Position numbers and translations under genes: made by a program | In this document: piece after piece, positions 1 to 8,359 of the stretch | Layout: the number at the start of each line of letters is the position of its first letter | Position numbering within the stretch: position 1 is the stretch's first letter | Assembly: GCA_041640455.1 (NCBI GenBank) | Contig: JBEQAF010000061.1 | Coordinates: forward strand, 1-13,229 | DNA from: a bacterium | Lineage (GTDB): Bacteria > CALINM01 | Length of the DNA stretch: 13,229 nucleotides | Direction of reading: 5' to 3' | Notes under the pieces: model-generated | The model's database searches: none | The model's input: the letters and a program-made list of their open reading frames with translations, nothing else | Told to the model about the DNA's origin: nothing

Positions 1-1
1 A

Positions 2-925
2 AAGATACCTACTGAAACACTGCAGAAAAATATATACTGGTTTCTTATCATAATAATTATATTGATGATACTGGTGCTGATACCCAATGTGGGGCATTCG
101 GTAAAGGGTGCTAAACGATGGCTAAAGACACCCCTGGGATTTCAGATTCAGCCTTCCTTTTTTTGTAAACTGGTTCTTATCATATTTATGGCATCTTCAC
201 TGAGCAGAAAATCCCCTGAAAAACTGACAAGTTTTAAAAAGGGTGTATTCCCCTATATGGTAATAATAGGTATACTGGGACTGCTTTTTATGGGTGAGCC
301 CGATTTTGGTGGTTTTTTTGTAGTTCTTACCATATCACTTATTATGCTCATAATAGGTGGTTCAAGGTTCAGATACTGGTTTATCTCTATGGTGCTTTTT
401 CTTGTGCCTGTTCTAATCTATCTTGCTACAAGTCAGAGCTACAGAGTGGCAAGATTGAAAGCATTTTTAGATATATGGCAACATCAGAGCGGGGCATCCT
501 ATCAGATTGTTCAATCTCTTTATTCCTTTGCAGCAGGCGGGCTTACTGGTATCGGACCAGGTTTAGGAAGGCAGAAACTTACATTTCTGCCGGAGGCTCA
601 TACGGATTTTATATTTGCCGTAATTGGAGAAGAGCTCGGGTTTGTGGGCTGTCTTCTGGTGGTTATGGCTTTTCTGATTATTACCTGCAGAGGATTTTAC
701 CTCTCTTTAAAACTTAGCGATAAAAATAATTATCTGGCGCTTCTTGCCTGTGGATTGACACTTTTTATCTCTCTTGAAGCGGTTATAAATATGCTGGTTA
801 ATCTCTCCCTTGCTCCTGCTAAGGGGTTACCTCTTCCTTTTGTGAGCTACGGTGGTAGTGCCATGATATGTTATATGATTGCCATAGGGTTGCTTTTAAA
901 TATCAGCAGGAGGATTGAGGAGTGA
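2..925 (+). CDS. ftsW: Cell division SEDS peptidoglycan glycosyltransferase FtsW, 5'-truncated by the window edge
   Basis: The frame is open from base 2 (KIPTETLQKNIYWFLIIIII...), so the ORF-track start at 62 is not the true start. It is a polytopic hydrophobic protein with SEDS motifs GAKRW, QPS, PDFG, YQIVQS, LPEAHTDFIFAVIGEELG and PAKGLPLPFVSYGGS, and lies directly upstream of murG. Confidence 0.96.
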   Translation, partial: KIPTETLQKNIYWFLIIIIILMILVLIPNVGHSVKGAKRWLKTPLGFQIQPSFFCKLVLIIFMASSLSRKSPEKLTSFKKGVFPYMVIIGILGLLFMGEPDFGGFFVVLTISLIMLIIGGSRFRYWFISMVLFLVPVLIYLATSQSYRVARLKAFLDIWQHQSGASYQIVQSLYSFAAGGLTGIGPGLGRQKLTFLPEAHTDFIFAVIGEELGFVGCLLVVMAFLIITCRGFYLSLKLSDKNNYLALLACGLTLFISLEAVINMLVNLSLAPAKGLPLPFVSYGGSAMICYMIAIGLLLNISRRIEE

Positions 926-2001
926 TTGTGGTAACCGGTGGAGGCACAGGCGGTCATGTGATTCCTGCAATGAGTATTACGGAAGAGCTTGTTAAAAGAG
1001 GGTTTGAGGTTGTATTTGTGGGAAATGAGCAGGGGATTGAAAAGAAGATTTTTAATCTTCCTGTAAGAAAAATATTTGTTAACCTTGCGGGCATTAAAGG
1101 TAAAAGTATTACAAAGGCTTTAAAAGGAGCTATTCTGACAGCAATGGCTGTTATAACTCTGTTTTTCTATTTTCTTGGAAAAAAGCCAAAGGCGGTAATA
1201 GGAACAGGAGGTTTTGTTTGTGTGCCTGCAGCCATAGCAGGCTTTTTTCTTGGAGCAAAAATCTATCTTCAGGAACAGAATGCTATCCCTGGAGCTTCTG
1301 TAAAATATCTTTCGAGAATTGCAAAGAAGGTTTTTGCAGGCTTTGAAGAGGCAAAAGCCTATCTTGATCAAAAAAAGGTTCTGGTTACAGGTAATCCCAT
1401 AAAAAGTATCTTTTTTAATGAGCCACTGAAGTATAATGTTTTTAGAAAAGACGAAAAGATGAATATACTGGTTCTCGGCGGCTCTCAGGGGGCAAGATTT
1501 ATTAACCAGCTAATGGTGGAAGCAGTTAGGTTTATAAACATGGAGAGTGTAAACATTTTTCATCAGGCAGGCGAATCAAACAAAGAATGGGTTCAAAAAG
1601 CCTATGAAGATCTGGGTATCAGTGCACATGTGTTCGGATTTACTGATAATATGCCTGAATATTATAAAAAGGCGCATCTTATCATAGGCAGATCAGGAGC
1701 TATGACTGTATCAGAGATAATTGCAGTAAGAAGACCGGCAGTATTAATCCCGTTCCCATTCGCCATCTATGACCATCAGACAAAAAATGCAGAGGCTCTT
1801 AAAAATGCAGGAGGAGCACTGGTATTTCAGGAAAAAGAGATGGATAGCAAAAGGCTGGCTGAGATAATAGCTGATTTCTTAAATAATCCGGATAAGCTTG
1901 AAAAGATGTCAAAAAATATGGAATCTTTTGCTTTCAGAAATGCAGCAGAGGAGATAGTAAATCATATAATGGAGGATCTAAATTGTACAAAAAGGATGTA
2001 A
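922..2001 (+). CDS. murG: Undecaprenyl-PP-MurNAc-pentapeptide N-acetylglucosaminyltransferase MurG
   Basis: Motifs GGGTGGH, EQNAIPG, TGNP, LGGSQGA, RSGAMTVSE and DHQTKNA. The GTG start overlaps the ftsW stop (GTGA), with AGGAGG at 908-913. Confidence 0.97.
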   Translation: MIVVTGGGTGGHVIPAMSITEELVKRGFEVVFVGNEQGIEKKIFNLPVRKIFVNLAGIKGKSITKALKGAILTAMAVITLFFYFLGKKPKAVIGTGGFVCVPAAIAGFFLGAKIYLQEQNAIPGASVKYLSRIAKKVFAGFEEAKAYLDQKKVLVTGNPIKSIFFNEPLKYNVFRKDEKMNILVLGGSQGARFINQLMVEAVRFINMESVNIFHQAGESNKEWVQKAYEDLGISAHVFGFTDNMPEYYKKAHLIIGRSGAMTVSEIIAVRRPAVLIPFPFAIYDHQTKNAEALKNAGGALVFQEKEMDSKRLAEIIADFLNNPDKLEKMSKNMESFAFRNAAEEIVNHIMEDLNCTKRM

Positions 2002-3359
2002 AGATACATTTTGTTGGAATTGGTGGGATTGGTATGAGTGGTATTGCTGAAGTTCTTATCAATCTCGGCTATAAGGTTTCGGGCTCTGACTTAAAAGAAA
2101 CCGATACTACCAAGAGACTTGAGCAGTTCGGAGCCAGAATATTTTATGGACATAGTGAAAATAACATAGAAGATGCAGGCTGTATTGTAATCTCGAGCGC
2201 CATAAAAAAAGACAATCCTGAGCTATTAAAGGCTAATGAGATGGGGATACCGGTCATTCTGAGAGCTGAGATGCTGGCGGAACTTTTAAGAATGAAATAC
2301 AGTGTTCTTGTGGCGGGCACCCATGGTAAGACCACTACTACCTCACTAATCTCTCACCTGCTTTTCTGTGCAGGTATGGATCCCACTATGGTAGTAGGAG
2401 GAAAGCTAAACAACATTGGTACCAATGCAAAGTTAGGGCAGGGAAGCTTTATTGTAGCGGAAGCAGATGAGAGTGATGGAAGTTTTCTGCTTCTTTCGCC
2501 TACCATTGCCATAGCCACAAATATCGAGAGAGAGCATATGGAACACTACGGCAATTTTGAGAACCTTGAGAATGCCTTTGTGGATTTCTTAAACAAGGTG
2601 CCATTTTATGGACTTAATATCCTGTGTCTTGAACACCCAGGTATTCAAAGGATAATGGACAGGTTAAAGAGAAGGGTAATGACCTACGGGTTTTCTAAAC
2701 AGGCAGACCTTCAGGCAGAAAATGTTTTCGTGGGTAGAGACGGCAGTGAGTTTGATGTAATCTTTCAAGATAAAAATCTGGGTAGAATAAAGACCAATGT
2801 TTTGGGTACTCACAATGTGCTGAACTCTCTTGCTGCCATAGGGGTGGGGATTGAGCTTGATGTAGACTTTGATACCATAAGGGATGCTTTTTTAACCTTT
2901 AAAGGGATCCAGCGGCGTTTTCAGGTAAAAGGGAGAGAAAAAAACATAGAGGTAGTTGATGATTATGGTCATCACCCCACCGAGATAAGGGCAACCATAG
3001 ATACGGCGAGAAAGTACTGGAATGGGAGAATAATAGTGCTTTTTCAGCCCCACAGATATTCGAGAACAAAAGACCTCTTTGAAGATTTTCTTACCTCTTT
3101 TTATCAGGCTGATGTGGTATGCGTAATGGATATATACAGCGCTTCGGAAGATGAGATACCAGGAGTTTCAGGCAAAGGGCTTGCCGATGGTATAAAAAAA
3201 CACGGACATAAGGAGGTATATTTCACAGGAGATAAAGAGTCAAGCCTGAACTTTTTGAAAGGATTTGTAAAAGAAGGCGATCTGTTGCTTACTCTCGGAG
3301 CAGGAGATGTTTACAAGATAGGGGAACAGCTTCTTGAGTATTTAAAAAAAGAGGCTTAG
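1983..3359 (+). CDS. murC: UDP-N-acetylmuramate--L-alanine ligase MurC
   Basis: Motifs IHFVGIGGIGMSGIA, P-loop AGTHGKTTTTS, EADESDGSF, DDYGHHPTEI, FQPHRYSRT and TLGAGD. TTG start with GGAGG at 1971-1975; overlaps murG by 19 nt. Confidence 0.98.
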   Translation: MYKKDVKIHFVGIGGIGMSGIAEVLINLGYKVSGSDLKETDTTKRLEQFGARIFYGHSENNIEDAGCIVISSAIKKDNPELLKANEMGIPVILRAEMLAELLRMKYSVLVAGTHGKTTTTSLISHLLFCAGMDPTMVVGGKLNNIGTNAKLGQGSFIVAEADESDGSFLLLSPTIAIATNIEREHMEHYGNFENLENAFVDFLNKVPFYGLNILCLEHPGIQRIMDRLKRRVMTYGFSKQADLQAENVFVGRDGSEFDVIFQDKNLGRIKTNVLGTHNVLNSLAAIGVGIELDVDFDTIRDAFLTFKGIQRRFQVKGREKNIEVVDDYGHHPTEIRATIDTARKYWNGRIIVLFQPHRYSRTKDLFEDFLTSFYQADVVCVMDIYSASEDEIPGVSGKGLADGIKKHGHKEVYFTGDKESSLNFLKGFVKEGDLLLTLGAGDVYKIGEQLLEYLKKEA

Positions 3360-3368
3360 GAGTCAGAA

Positions 3369-4289
3369 TTGTTAAAAAGTTTTTCAGGTGCTATTGAAAA
3401 AGACGCTTCTCTAAAAGAGCTTACCACCTGGAAGATAGGTGGTAAGGCTAAATATTTGATGTTTCCTGTGGATCACAGGGATATGGAAATAACTGCAGAG
3501 TTTATTGCAAAAGAAGGTCTATGTTATTTTATAATGGGTAGAGGCAGTAATATACTTGTCTCAGATGATTATTTTGATGGTCTCGTGATAAATACTACAA
3601 AAGGTTTTAAAGAGAGAGCAATTATAGCCTATAGGGGAGATGAGATTTATGTTTATCTTGGGGCGGGCAATCTCTCCTCTGAGGTTACAGGCTTTTTAAT
3701 AAGAGAAGCAGTTACGGGGCTGGAGTTTATTGCAGGCATACCTGCTACACTGGGAGGGCTTTTAAGGATGAATGCAGGCGCATTCGGCTCTGAAATAATG
3801 GACTTTGTAACGTCTGTTAATTTTTTCAGTCTGTCTAAGGGTTTTCATAGCCTTGAAAAAGATAAGCTCTGTTATGGTTATAGAAACTTTAGCATAGAAA
3901 ATGACTCAGTTATTCTGGGGGCAGGTTTTAGATTAAAGAGAGGCAAGGAGGAGGATATAAAAAATAAAGTAGCAGAATATATAAATAAACGAAGGGCTAC
4001 GCAGCCGCTTGATCTGCCCAGTTGTGGTTCTGTATTTAAAAACCCTGAAGGCGACTATGCAGGTAGAATTATTGAGGAGATAGGGCTTAAAGGCTATCAG
4101 GTAGGGGGCGCTAAGATATCGGAAAAACACGCAAATTTTATTGTAAATACAGGTAATGCCACATCGAAAGATGTGCTTACGCTGATTGAGCTTATCAAGC
4201 AGAAGGTATATTTAAAGAAGGGAATTGTATTAAAAGAGGAGGTTATCTATTTCAATATGAACAATAAGGTAAAGGCTACTGTTTTATGA
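3369..4289 (+). CDS. murB: UDP-N-acetylenolpyruvoylglucosamine reductase MurB
   Basis: Motifs TTWKIGG, GRGSNILV, GLEFIAGIPATLGG, MNAGAFG, QPLDLPSCGSVFKNP, HANFIVN and LKEEV. TTG start with AGGAG at 3358-3362. Confidence 0.97.
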   Translation: MLKSFSGAIEKDASLKELTTWKIGGKAKYLMFPVDHRDMEITAEFIAKEGLCYFIMGRGSNILVSDDYFDGLVINTTKGFKERAIIAYRGDEIYVYLGAGNLSSEVTGFLIREAVTGLEFIAGIPATLGGLLRMNAGAFGSEIMDFVTSVNFFSLSKGFHSLEKDKLCYGYRNFSIENDSVILGAGFRLKRGKEEDIKNKVAEYINKRRATQPLDLPSCGSVFKNPEGDYAGRIIEEIGLKGYQVGGAKISEKHANFIVNTGNATSKDVLTLIELIKQKVYLKKGIVLKEEVIYFNMNNKVKATVL

Positions 4290-5188
4290 AAGTGGGCGTG
4301 ATATTTGGTGGCATATCCAGAGAGAGAGAGATCTCGATTAAGACCGGAACAGCCATATCAAAGGCGCTTAGAGAAAAAGGCTATAATGTTTGCGAGCTGA
4401 TGGTTGATGAAAACATGGTAAAGCAGATATTAGAGGCTAAGATAGATGTGGCTTTTATAGCCCTTCACGGAAGATATGGAGAGGATGGCACTGTACAGGG
4501 ACTTCTGGAACTGCTTAAAATCCCCTATACGGGCGCTTCTCTGCTTGCATCCGCCATCGGTATAGACAAGATTATGACCAAGATTATCTGGAATCAGAAA
4601 GGGATACTTACCCCAGAGTTTCAGGTATTAAAATCTTTTACCGATAAGAGAAATATAGATTTCCCACTGGTGGTAAAATCTCCAAGAGAGGGCTCTACCA
4701 TAGGTGTTTACATTGTAAATAACGAAGAGGAGTATGAAGAGGCGCTAAAAAGTGTTTTTAAGCTGGATTATGAAGTACTTCTTGAAAAATACGTGAAGGG
4801 TGTGGAGATAACCGTATCTGTAATAGACGATATGGTTTTAACACCTATAGAGATAAGACCTAAAAAGGGTTTTTATGATTATAGCTCAAAATATACTAAA
4901 GGAGAGACCGAATACATCCTTCCGCCTGCCTCGTGTTCGGAAGAACAGATTGAAAGGGTAAAGATGATAGCAAGGTCTGCCTATGATGCCATAAGATGCA
5001 GCGGTGCTGCAAGGGTGGATTTTATCCTTTCCGATGAAAAAGCCTATGCGCTGGAGATAAATACTATACCTGGGATGACAGAGACAAGTCTTCTTCCAAA
5101 AGCAGCAGCATACAGCGGAATCTGCTTTGAAGACCTTGTAGAGCTTATTTTAAAAAAGGCAAAATTATATAACTGTTCGGGCGAATAA
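4286..5188 (+). CDS. ddl: D-alanine--D-alanine ligase
   Basis: Motifs GGISREREIS, LHGRYGEDGTVQG, EGST, FYDYSSKY, ARVDF and LEINTIPGMT. ATGA overlap with the murB stop. The omega-loop Tyr (KY) indicates D-Ala-D-Ala type. Confidence 0.97.
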   Translation: MKVGVIFGGISREREISIKTGTAISKALREKGYNVCELMVDENMVKQILEAKIDVAFIALHGRYGEDGTVQGLLELLKIPYTGASLLASAIGIDKIMTKIIWNQKGILTPEFQVLKSFTDKRNIDFPLVVKSPREGSTIGVYIVNNEEEYEEALKSVFKLDYEVLLEKYVKGVEITVSVIDDMVLTPIEIRPKKGFYDYSSKYTKGETEYILPPASCSEEQIERVKMIARSAYDAIRCSGAARVDFILSDEKAYALEINTIPGMTETSLLPKAAAYSGICFEDLVELILKKAKLYNCSGE

Positions 5189-5191
5189 ATT

Positions 5192-6013
5192 ATGGGAAGA
5201 AAAAATTTAAGGCAGAAGCTGGAGAGCGAGAGAAAGAAAAGCATGGTTAAAAGGCTTATTAAAAAGCTCGTACTGGTATTTTTTATTATTGGTATCGGCT
5301 TTCTTTTAGTTTCTCATACTTACAGCCTGACTAAACCCTTTGTGGAAAACGAATTAAGCAGTTTTAGTAAAGAGTTTTTGACAATCAGAGAGCTATCGAT
5401 TATCGGAGCCAGCGAGTTTGCTGACAAAGAAATAAGAAGTTTTGTTAACCCAATTATTGAAATTAATCCAAATATTTTTACCTTTCCTACAGAAAATGTT
5501 AAACTATTTCTGGCAACAAGACCTTATATAGAGAGTGCATTTATTAGAAAAGAGATGCCCAATAGAATTGCAGTTGAGATAAAGGAGAAGAAACCAGTGG
5601 CAATACTTCTGGATTCAGAGCTTAAGCTTCTGGACGAGAACGGAGAAGTTATAAGACCCATGTCTACAGGAGAAAATATTGATGTGCCTGTTATATCGGT
5701 TACCGATGATTCAGATACCTCTTCTTTTCGGCTGAGAATGGGTTGCCAGTTTATTCTGCTCGATAATCAGTCAACACCCTTTATACTACCCTCAGAGATA
5801 AAGCTCTTTCAGAATCATATGGAGATAAAAAGTCTTGATCTGAAAACATCAAGAAACGAGGTGCCCTCCATTTACATATCCTATGAGGAGATGGAAAAAA
5901 AGATTTTAAATCTTAAAAAGCTCTGGACTGATATTGTAAATAAAAAAGAAAACATTGAATATGTCGATGCAAGGTATCTTAAAGGGTTGTCAGTTAAGCA
6001 AAAAAATAATTAG
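5192..6013 (+). CDS. ftsQ: Cell division protein FtsQ/DivIB
   Basis: Basic cytoplasmic N-terminus, one TM segment (LVLVFFIIGIGFLLV), POTRA-like region ending PYIESAFIRKEMPNRIAVEIKEKKPVA, LLDENG and C-terminal YVDARY. Positioned between ddl and ftsA. Confidence 0.9.
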   Translation: MGRKNLRQKLESERKKSMVKRLIKKLVLVFFIIGIGFLLVSHTYSLTKPFVENELSSFSKEFLTIRELSIIGASEFADKEIRSFVNPIIEINPNIFTFPTENVKLFLATRPYIESAFIRKEMPNRIAVEIKEKKPVAILLDSELKLLDENGEVIRPMSTGENIDVPVISVTDDSDTSSFRLRMGCQFILLDNQSTPFILPSEIKLFQNHMEIKSLDLKTSRNEVPSIYISYEEMEKKILNLKKLWTDIVNKKENIEYVDARYLKGLSVKQKNN

Positions 6014-6021
6014 AGGTAAAA

Positions 6022-7257
6022 ATGGGCAGATCAGGTAATGAAAGAATAATAACAGGTCTTGACGTAGGGACAACCAAGGTATGCGCCATAGTGGGTGAAC
6101 TGACCGATTCTACTTTGAAGATAATAGGCTTTGGTATGGCGCCATCTAAAGGTATAAAAAAGGGAGTGGTAATAAACATAGACGAGACGGTAGATTCTAT
6201 AAAAAAAGCCGTACACGATGCCGAGGTTATGGCAGGTGTTAAAATTAATAATGTTTATGTAGGAATTGCGGGTGGTCATATAAAGAGTTATAACAGCACA
6301 GGTGTGATAGCCATAAAAAACAAGGTTGTTAGGGAAGATGACAAGAGAAGGGTTATAGATGCAGCACAGGCTCTTAATATTCCGACCGATAGGGAGATTA
6401 TACATGTTCTAACTCAGGAATATATAGTTGATAATCAGGATGGGATAAAAGAGCCTCTCGGCATGAGCGGTATAAGGCTTGAGGTAAAGGTACATATAGT
6501 AACTGCTGCTGTTACAGCTGTCCAGAATGTAATTAAATGCTGTACAAAAGCAGGACTTAAGGTGGAAGACATAGTGCTTGAACAGCTTGCATCCAGTGAA
6601 GCTGTGCTTACAGAGGACGAAAAGGATCTGGGAGTTGCCCTTGTTGATCTCGGTGGTGGAACAACGGATATTGCAGTATTTCACAATGGTAGCATTAAGT
6701 ATTCTTCTGTAATAGCCCTCGGTGGTAATCATATAACCAATGATATTGCTATAGGGCTCAGGACTGCCACTCAGGAGGCGGAATCTCTCAAGATTAAACA
6801 TGGCTCTGCAATGACGTCGCTGGTTGATAAGACTGAGATGATAGATGTGCCCTCCGTAGGCACAAGAAGAAATAGAATTATTTCAAGAGCAACACTGGCT
6901 GAGATTATTGAGCCCCGGATAGAAGAGATATTTACTATTGTGAACAGGGAGATTATAAAGTCTGAGGTAAGCAATTTTATAACGTCAGGTATTGTGCTTA
7001 CAGGAGGCGGTGCACTTCTTAACGGCACAGTGGAGCTTGGGGAGCAGGTATTTGGGCTACCCGTAAGGATTGGCGTGCCTGAAGTAGCTGGAGTGGTTGA
7101 TCTGGTCTCATCTCCTCAGTTTTCAACTGCGGTTGGTCTCGTAATATACGGAAGCAAAAATATTTATAAAGATTCTGGTGGTGACAACGATAAGAATTGG
7201 AGCTGGACTCAGATTATAGAGAGATTAAAAACTTTTTTTAAAGATTTTTTTGAATAA
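6022..7257 (+). CDS. ftsA: Cell division protein FtsA
   Basis: Actin-like ATPase motifs GLDVGTTKV, VDLGGGTTD and VLTGGGALL, plus KGVVINI and a C-terminal amphipathic helix (IIERLKTFFKDFFE). GAGGT at 6013-6017. Confidence 0.98.
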   Translation: MGRSGNERIITGLDVGTTKVCAIVGELTDSTLKIIGFGMAPSKGIKKGVVINIDETVDSIKKAVHDAEVMAGVKINNVYVGIAGGHIKSYNSTGVIAIKNKVVREDDKRRVIDAAQALNIPTDREIIHVLTQEYIVDNQDGIKEPLGMSGIRLEVKVHIVTAAVTAVQNVIKCCTKAGLKVEDIVLEQLASSEAVLTEDEKDLGVALVDLGGGTTDIAVFHNGSIKYSSVIALGGNHITNDIAIGLRTATQEAESLKIKHGSAMTSLVDKTEMIDVPSVGTRRNRIISRATLAEIIEPRIEEIFTIVNREIIKSEVSNFITSGIVLTGGGALLNGTVELGEQVFGLPVRIGVPEVAGVVDLVSSPQFSTAVGLVIYGSKNIYKDSGGDNDKNWSWTQIIERLKTFFKDFFE

Positions 7258-7282
7258 AAAGATATTTTTACAGGAGGCATAG

Positions 7283-8353
7283 ATGATAGAAGTTCAAAAA
7301 GAGGAACTATTTGAAGCAAAGATAAAGATTTTTGGTGTTGGTGGTGCGGGTGGTAATGCCATTAACAACATGATAGAACAGGGGATAGATGGTGTAGAGT
7401 TCTGGGCGGCAAACACAGATGCTCAGGATTTGAAGAAAAACAGAGCACCTTTTAAGCTAAAGCTTGGCATAAGCAACAAGGGGCTTGGAGCTGGCGGAGA
7501 TCCAGAAAAGGGAAAAGAAGCTGCACTGGAAAGCATGGAAGATATTAAAAATGCTCTGATCGGCGCAGACATGCTCTTTATTACGGCAGGCATGGGAGGC
7601 GGAACAGGTACCGGCGCATCTCCTGTAATAGCCAAGGTAGCAAAGGAGCTAAATATACTTACCATTGGCGTGGTAACCAAACCCTTTCAGTTTGAAGGGA
7701 AGAATAGATCTGAAAGGGCAGAAAAGGGGCTCGGGGAGCTGAAAAATAATGTGGATGCCCTTATAACCATCCCAAATAACAGACTTTTAGCTCTCCTTGA
7801 TCGTAACACACCTTTGATGAAGTCATTCAGATTTGCCGACGATGTACTCTATCAGGCGGTAAAAGGGATATCTGACCTGATAACCATCAATGGACTGATA
7901 AATATTGATTTTGCAGATGTAAAATCGGTTATGCAGGAGACTGGCATAGCCAGAATAGGTATTGGTGTGGCATCAGGTGAGAATAGGGCAAGAGAGGCTG
8001 CAGAAAAAGCCATATCCAATCCTCTGCTTGAAGAGGTGTGCCTGCATGGTTCGAGGGGGCTGCTTCTTAATATTACTGGCGGCTATGATCTAACCCTCTC
8101 AGAGGTGGAGGAGGCAGCGAACATAGTAAAAGAAACAGCAAGAGAAGATGCGAATATAAGATTCGGTGCCATTATTGATGAGAACATGACAGATTCTATA
8201 AGAATTACAGTGGTTGCGACAGGATTTGATGCCTCAGAGAAAAAGGAGCTCGGTGTAAACAGAGTCAGACAGAAAAGACCCATATCTGTAGGTGATGAGC
8301 TTTCATATGAGGAGCTTGAGACGCCTGCATTTATAAGGTATCAGGCTGACTGA
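7283..8353 (+). CDS. ftsZ: Cell division GTPase FtsZ
   Basis: [14 protein letters not shown], tubulin signature [18 protein letters not shown]7 loop INIDFAD and C-terminal peptide [18 protein letters not shown] at 7272-7277. Confidence 0.99.
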   Translation: MIEVQKEELFEAKIKIFGVGGAGGNAINNMIEQGIDGVEFWAANTDAQDLKKNRAPFKLKLGISNKGLGAGGDPEKGKEAALESMEDIKNALIGADMLFITAGMGGGTGTGASPVIAKVAKELNILTIGVVTKPFQFEGKNRSERAEKGLGELKNNVDALITIPNNRLLALLDRNTPLMKSFRFADDVLYQAVKGISDLITINGLINIDFADVKSVMQETGIARIGIGVASGENRAREAAEKAISNPLLEEVCLHGSRGLLLNITGGYDLTLSEVEEAANIVKETAREDANIRFGAIIDENMTDSIRITVVATGFDASEKKELGVNRVRQKRPISVGDELSYEELETPAFIRYQAD

Positions 8354-8359
8354 TAGGGG

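Noticed and set aside
62..64. TTG at 62 as the ftsW start
   Set aside because: The frame is open back to base 2 and 287 aa is too short for FtsW, so the real start lies upstream of the window.
4236..4289. Strong SD-like GAGGAGGT followed by ATG (MNNKVKATVL) at the murB 3' end, suggesting a mini-ORF or alternative ddl start
   Set aside because: The SD-like tract simply encodes the conserved EEV of MurB. The ATG is too far downstream of it and is in the murB frame, and ddl has a complete N-terminus of its own.
4871..4894. Possible D-Ala-D-Lac (vancomycin-resistance type) ligase
   Set aside because: The omega loop reads FYDYSSKY with the Tyr typical of D-Ala-D-Ala ligases, and no van accessory genes are present.
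7225..7270. A/T-tract-rich imperfect repeats at the ftsA-ftsZ boundary
   Set aside because: Explained by Phe and Lys codons of the FtsA amphipathic helix and an AT-rich spacer before the SD. No stable structure or convincing promoter was found.
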